A stretch of 42,944 bases of DNA from sequence record SRR31156797_4646; one strand, given 5' to 3'. The position numbers and the translations under genes are program-made. Numbering within the stretch: position 1 is the first letter of the stretch; every line of letters begins with the position of its first letter. Under the pieces are notes generated by a model that worked only from the letters and a program-made list of their open reading frames with translations, did no database searches and was not told the DNA's origin. Positions 29,321-39,204 of this stretch are shown one piece after another.

Positions 29321-32164
29321 ATGCTAAATAAGTTAAAATTTCGTACACGAGTGCTTGCCGGATTCGGACTTATTCTACTGTTCACGGTATCATTCCTCGT
29401 CCTCTCTATTTTCCAGGTAAAAAACCTCCGAAAAGAATCAGAATTTATTTATACTCACACTTATACGGTAAGTAATAGTGTTCGAGATATCAATACACAT
29501 ATCCAGATCATGGAAAGTGCCATGAAGGATATTTTGTTAGCCAACACTCAGGAAGAGTTCGATCAGGCCATTGATACAATTAATTTGTATCATTTAAAGG
29601 TTGAAAATGAATTTGATACTGTTTTTAACAGATTTTTAGGCAATATAAGAGATGTAGGAGAAGCCCATCGTGCCTTTCTGGAATGGGAAGAAATAAGAAA
29701 TGATATAATCGACCTAAAAGTTAGCGGAAAAGAATTAACCGCTAAAAAAATGGTTGATGGAGTCGCAGCAGAACATTTAAACAAGTTAAATCAGAAAACA
29801 AAGGTAATGACTGATTTTGCAGAGAACAATGCCAATTTGAGCTATAAAGAAGCTACAGAGAAGCATCGTACTACTTTACTTTGGTTCACCATTGTTTCTG
29901 CTCTTATTATTGGGGTTAGTATTGCAATTACATTTATTGTTTCCGACAGTATTTCCCGTCCGATAAAAAAATACATTTACAAGGCACAGGCAATATATCA
30001 GGGACAAGGACACGGTTCAGGTAGAAGAATTAGCGAAGAAAACTTACTAAACCATTCTTTATCGGAATTAACTGAAACTTATACGAAGCTACAAAATGAA
30101 ATAAGTGAACGTGAAAAAGGTGAGCAAACGATTCGTGAACAATATCAGGAAATTCATGAGTATTCGGAGCAATTGAAAACCTTTAATGAAAAATTAGAAG
30201 AGCGTGTTGCCGAACGAACTACTGCCCTTGCTACCAGTGAGGAAAAATACAGAAATCTTATTAACGGAAGTACCGATATTATTTTGGTAAACGAATATTT
30301 AGGTGATGGAACTTCAAAATTAATTGAAGCTAACGATACTGCCTGTATTCAATTGGGATATACAAGAAACGAAGTCTTGAACTTATCGCTTGGCGATTTT
30401 ATTGAAGATTTAAGTGATGATTATGTTGTTGATTCTATTAAGAGATTAACAAGAGAAAAACAATTTACAAGTGAACAGGTTTTCGTATCCAAATATGGTA
30501 AAAAAACACCAATGGAGACAGTTAACCAGTTAGTAACACTGCAAGGCAAACACGTTATTTTATCTACAGCTCGTGATATTACTGAGAGAAAACATGCTCA
30601 ACAAGCCATTGTTCAAAGTGAGCGTCGATTGAAAAAGATGATTTACAAATCACCTCTCCCAGTTGTGATTACTGATGCCAAAAGAGATATTGAATATTTT
30701 AACGATAAATTTGTTGAACAGTTTGGATATACTTTAAATGATATCAGAACATCGGATGATTGGTACCAATCGTGTTATCCAAATGAAGAATATCGTGAAT
30801 TGGTTAAAAACACCTGGAGTGATGCTGCAGAAAAAGCCAAATTAGAAAATACAGATATAGAGAAACAAGAATTTCACATCACAACCAAATCTGGAGATGT
30901 TAGACACTGTGAATTCTTTATGGTGCCTTTAGACACCTCCTCAATGATTATTATAAACGATATCACCACAATTATAAACACGCAACAAGAACTTGTTAAA
31001 TCTAAGGAAAAGGCTGAAGAGAGTGATCGATTAAAGTCGGCATTTCTGGCAAACATGTCGCATGAAATTCGAACACCAATGAATGGAATTATTGGTTTTG
31101 CCGATATGCTTCGAAAACCAGGTAAATCAGACGAGCAAAACAATGCTTATATCGATATCATTTACAAAAGCTCCAATCAGCTTTTAAAAATTATTAATGA
31201 TATTCTGGATATTTCCAAACTTGATGCCGGACAAACAATTGTTAAAGAAACTCAATGTTCACTCAATGTAATTTTGGATGAATTACATATGCAATTCAGT
31301 AAAGACAATATTGCTGATGATGAGATTGAATTTAGAGTCCTAAAATCATTACCTAATGAGCAAACAATGGTCATTACTGAGGAGAGAAAACTTCGACAGG
31401 TTTTATCCAACCTTTTAAGTAATGCATTTAAATTTACATCTGAAGGATCCATTGAATTTGGCTACAAATTAATTGAAGACGATTTCCTTGAATTCTATGT
31501 TAAAGATACAGGAATCGGTATTCAGAAAGAGAAGCAAGATATTATTTTTGAACGCTTCCGTCAGGTTGAAGAATCGTTTACCAGAAAATATGGCGGAACA
31601 GGTTTAGGACTTGCAATTTCGAAAGGATTCGTAGAGTTAATGGGAGGGAAAATTAGAATGGCTACTGTTGAAGATAAAGGAACTACATTCTTCTTTACAA
31701 TTCCATATAAGCCTGTAGGAGGTGAAAATCTTCCCGAAAAAAAGAAAAAACAAAAGAAAGGCTACAAATGGGATGACAAACTAATTCTTGTAGTAGAAGA
31801 TGACGAAACCAATTACAAATACATTGAAGCTGCTCTAAAGCCAACTAAAGTTAAAATACTACATACTATTTCGGGAAATAAAGCCATTGAATTAAGTTTA
31901 AGAAATCCAACCATTAATTTGGTTTTAATGGACTTAAGATTACCTGATATTAATGGATTAGAAGCTACTCAGTCGATCAAGAAAATGAGAGATAATTTGC
32001 CAATTATTGCCCAAACAGCAAATGCATTCCGCGAAGACAGAAATAAGAGTATGGAAGCCGGATGTGATGATTTTATAGCTAAGCCTTTCGATGAGAAAAA
32101 ACTTTTAGACACCATCAACAAATACTTAAAAAAAGGACGAAGAGGAAAAAAGTTAGAAGTTTAA
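29321..32164 (+). CDS. Hybrid sensor histidine kinase (2 TM, four-helix-bundle-type periplasmic sensor, 2 PAS, HisKA, HATPase, REC)
   Basis: Two TM helices; PAS ends STARDITERK and INDIT; H-box FLANMSHEIRTPMNG; NLLSNAFKFT, DTGIGI, GGTGLGL; REC LVVEDD, LMDLRLP, AKPF. Confidence 0.93.
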   Translation: MLNKLKFRTRVLAGFGLILLFTVSFLVLSIFQVKNLRKESEFIYTHTYTVSNSVRDINTHIQIMESAMKDILLANTQEEFDQAIDTINLYHLKVENEFDTVFNRFLGNIRDVGEAHRAFLEWEEIRNDIIDLKVSGKELTAKKMVDGVAAEHLNKLNQKTKVMTDFAENNANLSYKEATEKHRTTLLWFTIVSALIIGVSIAITFIVSDSISRPIKKYIYKAQAIYQGQGHGSGRRISEENLLNHSLSELTETYTKLQNEISEREKGEQTIREQYQEIHEYSEQLKTFNEKLEERVAERTTALATSEEKYRNLINGSTDIILVNEYLGDGTSKLIEANDTACIQLGYTRNEVLNLSLGDFIEDLSDDYVVDSIKRLTREKQFTSEQVFVSKYGKKTPMETVNQLVTLQGKHVILSTARDITERKHAQQAIVQSERRLKKMIYKSPLPVVITDAKRDIEYFNDKFVEQFGYTLNDIRTSDDWYQSCYPNEEYRELVKNTWSDAAEKAKLENTDIEKQEFHITTKSGDVRHCEFFMVPLDTSSMIIINDITTIINTQQELVKSKEKAEESDRLKSAFLANMSHEIRTPMNGIIGFADMLRKPGKSDEQNNAYIDIIYKSSNQLLKIINDILDISKLDAGQTIVKETQCSLNVILDELHMQFSKDNIADDEIEFRVLKSLPNEQTMVITEERKLRQVLSNLLSNAFKFTSEGSIEFGYKLIEDDFLEFYVKDTGIGIQKEKQDIIFERFRQVEESFTRKYGGTGLGLAISKGFVELMGGKIRMATVEDKGTTFFFTIPYKPVGGENLPEKKKKQKKGYKWDDKLILVVEDDETNYKYIEAALKPTKVKILHTISGNKAIELSLRNPTINLVLMDLRLPDINGLEATQSIKKMRDNLPIIAQTANAFREDRNKSMEAGCDDFIAKPFDEKKLLDTINKYLKKGRRGKKLEV

Positions 32165-33240
32165 TTAGGAGAAAATGTATATAAATTTGTTGATTGCTCC
32201 TTACCTGCAAGTAAGACTTTGGCAATAAAATTCACTTGTATACTTAACTCATTTTTCTGTTTAAGCTCTTTCAATAAATCGCCCGAAACCAATAATCTGG
32301 AATTGTAATTATTGCATAAACCTTGAATTCTTGATGCTGTATTAATGGCATCACCATGATAAGCTATTTCCGATTTTAATTCACCGACTTCGGCAACCAT
32401 TACGTTGCCCGAATGTATTCCTGCTTTAAACACAGGAATCATACCATAATTCGTTTGATAATATTCCTTTTTCATATCAATAGTTTCCAAAAAATCGTAA
32501 AATAATTTCACACATCTCAATTGTTTAATTCCCTTCTCTAATTTCCAGGTCAAAACAACCTCATCGCCCACAAATTGGTATACCTCTGCATTATTCTTCA
32601 TTACTGCTGAAGAGATATCTTTAAAACAATCCTGTATCAATTTGCTGTATTTGAAATGCCCTAATTTTTCTGCATAATAAGTTGATGATTTCAAATCCAT
32701 AAATAAAAAAATCCGCTCTTCTTCTTTAGGCTTATAGTATCTGCCTAATAAAAATTTAATTAGAATTCCCTTTCCAAGTTTCTTATCAATATCATGAAAA
32801 ATCTCGATTAAAGTGCCAACAATAAAGAAATAGATTAATATTGTATAGAATAATTGTGAGTTATAAAGATCTATTAATTGAGAGAAATTTTGTGGAAAAT
32901 CAGAAAAAGTAAATAAACCTCCTAAATTATACATACTGTAAATTAGCAAATATGCACTTGAAATATTTACCAGAACACTAACTAATATCGATAGAAAAAA
33001 AAGAGGTATATGAGCTTTTAGTTTTTGAGCTATTTTGAAAATTGTTCCCCAAATAAAACCAGCAATTACGCCAGATAACATTGTACTATTAATATGCTCT
33101 AATTGCATAATTGACAAAGAACTATACTGATTCATCTGAAATGTAAGCAGAAAGAAGAATGCTATCATCCATGTTAGGGTGATCGTAAAATAATACCCTA
33201 AAATAGTACAAGGTTTTATACCAATCTTATTTTTCCCCAT
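32161..33240 (-). CDS. Membrane-bound class III nucleotide (adenylate/guanylate-type) cyclase
   Basis: About 4 N-terminal TM helices; FLFMDLKSST, YQFVGDE, KAGIHSGNV, GDAINTASRIQ. Confidence 0.88.
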   Translation of the reverse strand: MGKNKIGIKPCTILGYYFTITLTWMIAFFFLLTFQMNQYSSLSIMQLEHINSTMLSGVIAGFIWGTIFKIAQKLKAHIPLFFLSILVSVLVNISSAYLLIYSMYNLGGLFTFSDFPQNFSQLIDLYNSQLFYTILIYFFIVGTLIEIFHDIDKKLGKGILIKFLLGRYYKPKEEERIFLFMDLKSSTYYAEKLGHFKYSKLIQDCFKDISSAVMKNNAEVYQFVGDEVVLTWKLEKGIKQLRCVKLFYDFLETIDMKKEYYQTNYGMIPVFKAGIHSGNVMVAEVGELKSEIAYHGDAINTASRIQGLCNNYNSRLLVSGDLLKELKQKNELSIQVNFIAKVLLAGKEQSTNLYTFSPN

Positions 33241-33508
33241 GCTGATTGATATATTCTACAAGCTCTTCAATCTCATTTTCTGTTGTTATCACATAATCCT
33301 GATTTACCTTCAATCTATAAAGATGGTTCTCCAACAATCGTAGATTATCATTCGTTTGTTCAATTAACTTTGATAAAGCAAATTGATACAAATTATTACG
33401 CTGATCTTTTTCGCTAACATCCATAATATCCTTATTAAGGAGTGACCGAATCAAAAATCGTTGCACCACCAACAATTCCATCCTACTGGTTGATTCGGTC
33501 ACTTCCAT
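33227..33508 (-). CDS. Hypothetical 93-aa helical protein
   Basis: Fills the gap between tolC (4-nt spacing) and the cyclase (14-nt overlap) on the same strand; no recognised motif. Confidence 0.6.
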   Translation of the reverse strand: MEVTESTSRMELLVVQRFLIRSLLNKDIMDVSEKDQRNNLYQFALSKLIEQTNDNLRLLENHLYRLKVNQDYVITTENEIEELVEYINQHGEK

Positions 33509-33512
33509 CCCA

Positions 33513-34877
33513 CTATTTTGCTAATTCCCCAATTGATTTTTGAAAGCTAACCTCTTTTAATTTGTAATTGATTTTGGAATCAATCAGCTCACTATGAGCA
33601 TCCTGCCAAAATGCTTGTGCATCTAAAAGTTCTGTGGTATTCGCCAAACCTTCGTAAAAACTATTTTGGGTTAACTCAACATTTTCATTCGCTTGATTCA
33701 TTGAAACTTTAGCCAATTCTATTTGCTGCAAAGCTTCTTGTAAACTGAAATAACTTTGTTGAACTTCAAGTTTTATTAAGTCTTTTGTTCTATCTAATTC
33801 CAATTCTGTTTGCTTAGATCGGAATTTATCTGCTGCAACTTTATGCTTACGTTCCTGCCAATGAAAAATAGGAACCGATAAACTTGCCTTAACAGCAAAC
33901 ATCTTGGAAGATCCTATCAGATTCTCAATCTTACTTGTATATCCATATGATGCTCCAACTCCCAACTGTGGAAGATAATCTGCACGTGTACTCTTAATTT
34001 GTTCCTTAGATATTTTTACCTGCTTATCAAGCATTAATAATTCGGGTCGCTGCACTAATGCCTTTTGCATGTAATCCGCGTCAACATTATTTTGAGCTAT
34101 TGATATGGTAGTATCAATGGCTACAACATTTGTCATTATTTCTTTCCCAATTACTTGACAAAGTGCCATTTTGGATAAAACAAGTGCATTCTTAGCTCGA
34201 AATAAATCTAATTTAGCTTGATTTAATTGTACCTGCGCTTTTAACAGTTCATTTTTAGTAGTGATCTCCAATTCAAAAGCATTTTTCAGATCACGAACCA
34301 ACGCTGATAACATTTTTGCGTACTTGTCTGCTAAAACAACTTTCTCCTTAACCGATACTAAATTCCAGTAAGCCTGATCAGTCTCTAATAACACATCCGA
34401 TGATTGTAAATCTTTGTTGTAAGAAGAAATTTGAGCTCCCATTTGACTCATATGATAGGAACTTCTTATTTTTCCGCCAAAAAAAATTGGTTGAGAAACA
34501 TTCAAATTTGCGGAATAGAAATCTATATTTCCCATTTTTATATCCAAACCGGGAAAATAAACATTGCTCGTACCAGAATATATACCTTGTCTGGCTTCAG
34601 TCAAACTGTTTGCTGTTGGTAAAAAGGATCCTGGCATTTTTAGATCATCAATATCATGATAAAAATTATAGGATGCACTTGCTGAAAAGTTTGGCAAAAA
34701 ATGAGTGTAAGCGAATTTTACATTCGCATTACTTTCCTCTATCATTTCTTCAGCAATTTTTATTTTCTGATTGTATTCCAATGCCAAATTCCTACTCTCT
34801 TTTAAAGAGAGTTTTTCCTGACCTATTGCATGTGTTGTAATTAAAACACAAAGCAATAAACTATATATATTTTTCAT
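33513..34877 (-). CDS. TolC-family outer-membrane efflux protein. Likely start ATG 34877
   Basis: Signal peptide; repeated FLPNFS...QPIFFGGK and YLPQLG...SVPIFHW; YEGLANTTELLDAQ. Confidence 0.9.
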   Translation of the reverse strand: MKNIYSLLLCVLITTHAIGQEKLSLKESRNLALEYNQKIKIAEEMIEESNANVKFAYTHFLPNFSASASYNFYHDIDDLKMPGSFLPTANSLTEARQGIYSGTSNVYFPGLDIKMGNIDFYSANLNVSQPIFFGGKIRSSYHMSQMGAQISSYNKDLQSSDVLLETDQAYWNLVSVKEKVVLADKYAKMLSALVRDLKNAFELEITTKNELLKAQVQLNQAKLDLFRAKNALVLSKMALCQVIGKEIMTNVVAIDTTISIAQNNVDADYMQKALVQRPELLMLDKQVKISKEQIKSTRADYLPQLGVGASYGYTSKIENLIGSSKMFAVKASLSVPIFHWQERKHKVAADKFRSKQTELELDRTKDLIKLEVQQSYFSLQEALQQIELAKVSMNQANENVELTQNSFYEGLANTTELLDAQAFWQDAHSELIDSKINYKLKEVSFQKSIGELAK

Positions 34878-34895
34878 TGATTTTCTCAAAACCGT

Positions 34896-37800
34896 TTATA
34901 AATCCATTATATTTTTAGTAGAAACTTTGTAAAATGCTGCGTATAGTACAGGAATAATTACTAATGTTATTACCGATCCAATAAGTAAACCAAACATGAT
35001 AGCAACTGCCATACCTCCAAATAATTCATCAGAAATCAATGGTATCATTCCTAAAATAGTTGTAAAAGATGCCATAATTACTGGTCGCATTCTTGACACT
35101 GCAGAATCAACAATAGCCAATAGCACATCCTTGCCTTCTTTAATTTCCAAATTGATTTGATCCAGAAGTACAACAGCATTTTTAATCATCATTCCCATCA
35201 ATCCTAAAGTTCCAAGCACTGGCATAAATCCAAATGGTTTTCCGGTTAACCACAAGCCATAGCTTACACCAATAAAAGCCAAAGGAAGAATACTGAAAAT
35301 AATTATGGGTTGTCTAAAATTATTGAATAGCACCATGATTATAATTACCATCAACAGGAATGCCAAAGGCAAATATTTCTTGATATTATTATTAGCATCT
35401 AAACTATCCTTATGCTCTCCAAGCCATTCAAAATCGTATCCCTCTGGCAAAGGAATTGACTCAATCTTTTCGTGTATTTTTGAAAATACATCTGGAGCAT
35501 TATAACCTTTGGCAGGATCACATTGAGCCATGATTGCTCTACGGCGATCGTAACGTAAAATCATTGGATCCTCAAATTCAATATCAATATCAGAAACCAC
35601 CTGACGCAAAGGAATACTATTTGCAACATTGCCCCAAACCGGTGTATTCTCCAATGCTTCAATATAATTTTTCTTATTTGTTTTTGTTTTTAAAACAATT
35701 GGCAACATATCATCAGCCTGATAAAATAACCCAATTGTTAAACCATCCGTTGCACAAGCCAATGCGTTGGAAACATCCGAACGAGAAATATTCGTTAGGC
35801 GTGATTGAGCCTGAGAAAAATGCGGATTCCAAACCTTTACCTTATTTTTCCAATTGTTTGTTACTTTAACTGCAGTAGGTTCAGCAAGCATTATTTGCTC
35901 TGCTTGTTCTGATAAATCACGTAACACTTCCGGATCTGGACCCGAAAACTTTGCTTCGATCATATATTCAGCAAAAATTGGTGAATAGTACTTTACTCTG
36001 CAACGTGCCCAAGAATAATTTTCATCTACATATTTTTGCAACTCTTTACCAAATCGCTTTGTTGTCTCGTAATCTTTCGTATCAATAATCAGTTCTCCAT
36101 AATTGGTCTTGTTTATTGTAAAAGGTCTGACCAATGTATACCGGGCAGGTGTAGCCCCTAAACTAGTTGTAACATTCAAAACTTCCTCTTGAGTTAATAA
36201 ATAGCTTTCTAATTCACTCAAATCTTTCTCAACATTTTGGATATCCGCTCCTGTAGGTAAATAATACTCTACAATAAACTGATTATATTCAAGGTTAGGC
36301 ATAAACAGCTGCTTCACATTTTTAAACACAAAAATAGAAGACACAAAAACCAATATGGTTAAGCCTATAATAACTGTTTTGTGACGTAAAGAGAATTTAA
36401 CAAAATGACGAAATTTTTGATAAAATTGACCGGTATAAGGATCTGAGTTCTCATTCTCATCTTTGCTGTATTTTTTACCACGAAGAAATAGATGACAGAA
36501 ATATGGAGTTTGAGTTAATGCCAAAATCCAACTAATAAAAAGAGAAATCGCAATGACCTGAAAAAGACTTGCACAAAATTCACCCGTGCTATCAGGCGAC
36601 AAATAAATAGGTAAAAAAGCCAAAATCGCAACTAAGGTTGCTCCCAATAATGGCATGGCGGTTTGTTTAGTAGTATTGGTCATTGCCTGATCACGAGGAA
36701 CACCTTTCTTCAGGTCAATCAAAATTCCATCCGCAATTACAATGGCATTATCAACTAGCATTCCCATTGCAATAATAATAGCTGCTAAACTTACCCTTTG
36801 CAATGCAATATCGAATCCTAACATTACGACAAAAGTAGCTAATATTGTAAATATAAGCCCACTACCAATCAACAATCCAGTTCTAAATCCCATTGCTAAT
36901 AATAATACTACCACAACAATTAAAACCGATTCTATTAAATTAACCATAAACTGGCTAATGGCAACACTTACTCTTTCGGGCTGATAAAAAACTCTATTTA
37001 TATTTATACCTACAGGAATATTTGCTTTTAAAACATCAATTCTATTTTGAATACGTTCTCCTAATTCAATAACATTCCCACCTTTCTCCATAGCAATGGC
37101 CAAACCTATTGCAGGAACTTGGTTATATTTCATTTTGTTAGTATAAGGAGTTACATAATCCTTTTTAATACTAGCAATATCTTTAAGATATACTGAAGTT
37201 TCACCTCTTCCTGAAACCAATATGTTCTTTAGATCTTCAAGCTCATGAAAACTTCCATCAGAGGCGATTCGAACCCGATTACTTCCTACCTTAAAAGTCC
37301 CTGGATCAACTACTTTATTTTGACTATTTAAAATTTCAATAACTTTATAGGGATGCACACCTAAAAAAGCCATTTTCTCTTGCGACAATTCAATATTTAC
37401 GCAAGCTCTTTGTTCTCCATATAATTCAATTCTCTTAACTCCATCAACTAATAAGAGTTCTCGTTTCATATAACGAGCATAATCCTGAATCTCATCGTCA
37501 TGAAAACCATCTCCACTTAATGCGAGAAAAATACCATATACATCACCAAAATCATCTACGACCATTGGATGGGATGCATCTTGAGGTAAATAAGCACTAA
37601 TATCATTTACTTTTCGACGTAAAATATCCCAAACTTGTGGCAGTTCTTTTGTTACAACAGAAGATTTAATATTAACTGTAATCTCAGAATATCCGGCTAA
37701 AGATCTTGATTCTATGAAATCAATATTATCCATCGCCTGAATTGCAGTTTCCAGAATATCGGTTACCCTAAGCTCTACCTCATGGGGAGAAGCTCCAGGA

Positions 37801-37952
37801 TAACTAGACATAATCACTGCTTGTTTTACACTAATTTCGGCATCTTCAAGCTTTGACATGTTTAAAAATGCACCAACCCCACCAAAAAGAATAGCTATTA
37901 AAACAAATAACAATACTTTCCGCTGCTTTAAGACAGCTTCTGTAAAACTCAT
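34896..37952 (-). CDS. RND efflux permease (AcrB/AcrD/AcrF family)
   Basis: 1018 aa; YPGASPHEVE; TM4 GMLVDNAIV; TM10 KNAVVL; TM11 RMRPVIMASFTTILG. Confidence 0.95.
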   Translation of the reverse strand: MSFTEAVLKQRKVLLFVLIAILFGGVGAFLNMSKLEDAEISVKQAVIMSSYPGASPHEVELRVTDILETAIQAMDNIDFIESRSLAGYSEITVNIKSSVVTKELPQVWDILRRKVNDISAYLPQDASHPMVVDDFGDVYGIFLALSGDGFHDDEIQDYARYMKRELLLVDGVKRIELYGEQRACVNIELSQEKMAFLGVHPYKVIEILNSQNKVVDPGTFKVGSNRVRIASDGSFHELEDLKNILVSGRGETSVYLKDIASIKKDYVTPYTNKMKYNQVPAIGLAIAMEKGGNVIELGERIQNRIDVLKANIPVGININRVFYQPERVSVAISQFMVNLIESVLIVVVVLLLAMGFRTGLLIGSGLIFTILATFVVMLGFDIALQRVSLAAIIIAMGMLVDNAIVIADGILIDLKKGVPRDQAMTNTTKQTAMPLLGATLVAILAFLPIYLSPDSTGEFCASLFQVIAISLFISWILALTQTPYFCHLFLRGKKYSKDENENSDPYTGQFYQKFRHFVKFSLRHKTVIIGLTILVFVSSIFVFKNVKQLFMPNLEYNQFIVEYYLPTGADIQNVEKDLSELESYLLTQEEVLNVTTSLGATPARYTLVRPFTINKTNYGELIIDTKDYETTKRFGKELQKYVDENYSWARCRVKYYSPIFAEYMIEAKFSGPDPEVLRDLSEQAEQIMLAEPTAVKVTNNWKNKVKVWNPHFSQAQSRLTNISRSDVSNALACATDGLTIGLFYQADDMLPIVLKTKTNKKNYIEALENTPVWGNVANSIPLRQVVSDIDIEFEDPMILRYDRRRAIMAQCDPAKGYNAPDVFSKIHEKIESIPLPEGYDFEWLGEHKDSLDANNNIKKYLPLAFLLMVIIIMVLFNNFRQPIIIFSILPLAFIGVSYGLWLTGKPFGFMPVLGTLGLMGMMIKNAVVLLDQINLEIKEGKDVLLAIVDSAVSRMRPVIMASFTTILGMIPLISDELFGGMAVAIMFGLLIGSVITLVIIPVLYAAFYKVSTKNIMDL

Positions 37953-39028
37953 AACTGTCCTCCTATGTTCGAATTAGCTTTCTTACTTAACATTTTAACC
38001 TTTTGTCCCTCTCGTAAACTATGAACACCTGCGGATACTATTAAATCACCATTTTTAATTCCACTCTCAATATTGATCATTCCATTAGAATCAAAATCTT
38101 TAAGGTGAACAACTTTCTCCTTCACACACATGTTTGTATTATCGTAAATCCATACATACGACTTCCCTTTTTTATTAAACACAGCTTCTACAGGAACTTT
38201 ACATGTGGTGCTGCAATTACTAGCCAACTTTGTTTCAATACTCGACACCATACCTGGAACAATTTGAAATCCTTGACGATCAATTTCAAGTCTCATTCTA
38301 AAGAAATTATCACCGTTAGGTTTTTGCTCTATTTCAATTAGTTTTAAATCAAAATCAATACCTGGAAAATTTTCAAACTTTGCGGTATATCCAACAAATG
38401 ATTTCTTTTGTAAAAAATCATTTTCACTTAATGAAACTGCAATCTCTAGACTATTTAAATCAAGCAATGACACAATAGGCTGACCAGCACCAACTTTCTC
38501 ATAATTTTCAGCATACATAGCTTGCACATAACCCGAAAATGGAGCATAAATTTTGGTATCAATTAATGCATTTTCCGCAGCTGCTTTCTGTGCTTTAGCC
38601 AACTTAAATGCTGCTTGCATTTGATCAAAAACACTTTTCGAAGTACTTTTCTTTTGGTACAATGCTGCATATCTCTCTGCCTGTAACTTTGCATTATCAA
38701 ACTGAGCACATGCCGCTTCCAATTGTACAAGATAATCGCGCTCATTAACTGCTGCAATTAACTCTCCTTTTTTCACGAACTGTCCTTGATCCACATTTAA
38801 ACTAACCAGAGGACCAGGGATTTGGAAGGCTAATTTCACCTCTCTGGATTCTTTTACCAATCCTGTAAATACTTTAACAGGTGAGTTTCCATTTGAATTG
38901 CCAACCTTAAAAATCTTGACCGGTTGAATCAGTTCTACTTTTGTATTCGGCTCTTTTTTGCACGAAATGAATCCTGTAGCAAAAATTCCTAACAGGAACA
39001 CTAATTTTGTGATTTTTTTTGTAGTCAT
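37949..39028 (-). CDS. RND periplasmic adaptor (membrane fusion) lipoprotein
   Basis: Lipobox GFIS-C; lipoyl halves VKKGELIA and IYAPFSGYV; alpha-hairpin; VPVEAV; GVHSLREGQKV; ATGA overlap with the permease. Confidence 0.92.
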   Translation of the reverse strand: MTTKKITKLVFLLGIFATGFISCKKEPNTKVELIQPVKIFKVGNSNGNSPVKVFTGLVKESREVKLAFQIPGPLVSLNVDQGQFVKKGELIAAVNERDYLVQLEAACAQFDNAKLQAERYAALYQKKSTSKSVFDQMQAAFKLAKAQKAAAENALIDTKIYAPFSGYVQAMYAENYEKVGAGQPIVSLLDLNSLEIAVSLSENDFLQKKSFVGYTAKFENFPGIDFDLKLIEIEQKPNGDNFFRMRLEIDRQGFQIVPGMVSSIETKLASNCSTTCKVPVEAVFNKKGKSYVWIYDNTNMCVKEKVVHLKDFDSNGMINIESGIKNGDLIVSAGVHSLREGQKVKMLSKKANSNIGGQL

Positions 39029-39040
39029 TTCAAATTCTTT

Positions 39041-39059
39041 ATGAACTATATCAGTTCAT
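39041..39059. promoter_or_regulatory. Candidate TetR operator 1
   Basis: Perfect palindrome ATGAACT-ATATC-AGTTCAT, 12 nt upstream of the adaptor start. Confidence 0.6.
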
Positions 39060-39125
39060 TTGGTTCATTTTAAAATCAAAAAATACAGAAGTACCTCTAC
39101 TTCCTTAACTTCTTCTATAATTAAC

Positions 39126-39144
39126 ATAGACTATTCAAGTCTAT
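39126..39144. promoter_or_regulatory. Candidate TetR operator 2
   Basis: Perfect palindrome ATAGACT-ATTCA-AGTCTAT, same 7-5-7 architecture as operator 1. Confidence 0.6.
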
Positions 39145-39204
39145 ATATTTCATATTTGAGCGAAAATAAGAATGAAACCTATTAATTTCATTCTCAAATC
39201 TTAA

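Noticed and set aside
32161..32164. TTAA as a transposon target-site duplication
   Set aside because: No transposase, no terminal inverted repeats and no identifiable partner site; TTAA is very common here
32161..33508. Cyclase plus small ORF as a Pycsar or CBASS anti-phage system
   Set aside because: No cNMP-binding, TIR or TM effector gene is adjacent; the cyclase is membrane-anchored, unlike PycC; no defence-island context
34400..34840. 146-aa plus-strand ORF inside tolC
   Set aside because: Fully antisense to tolC, with no recognisable domain
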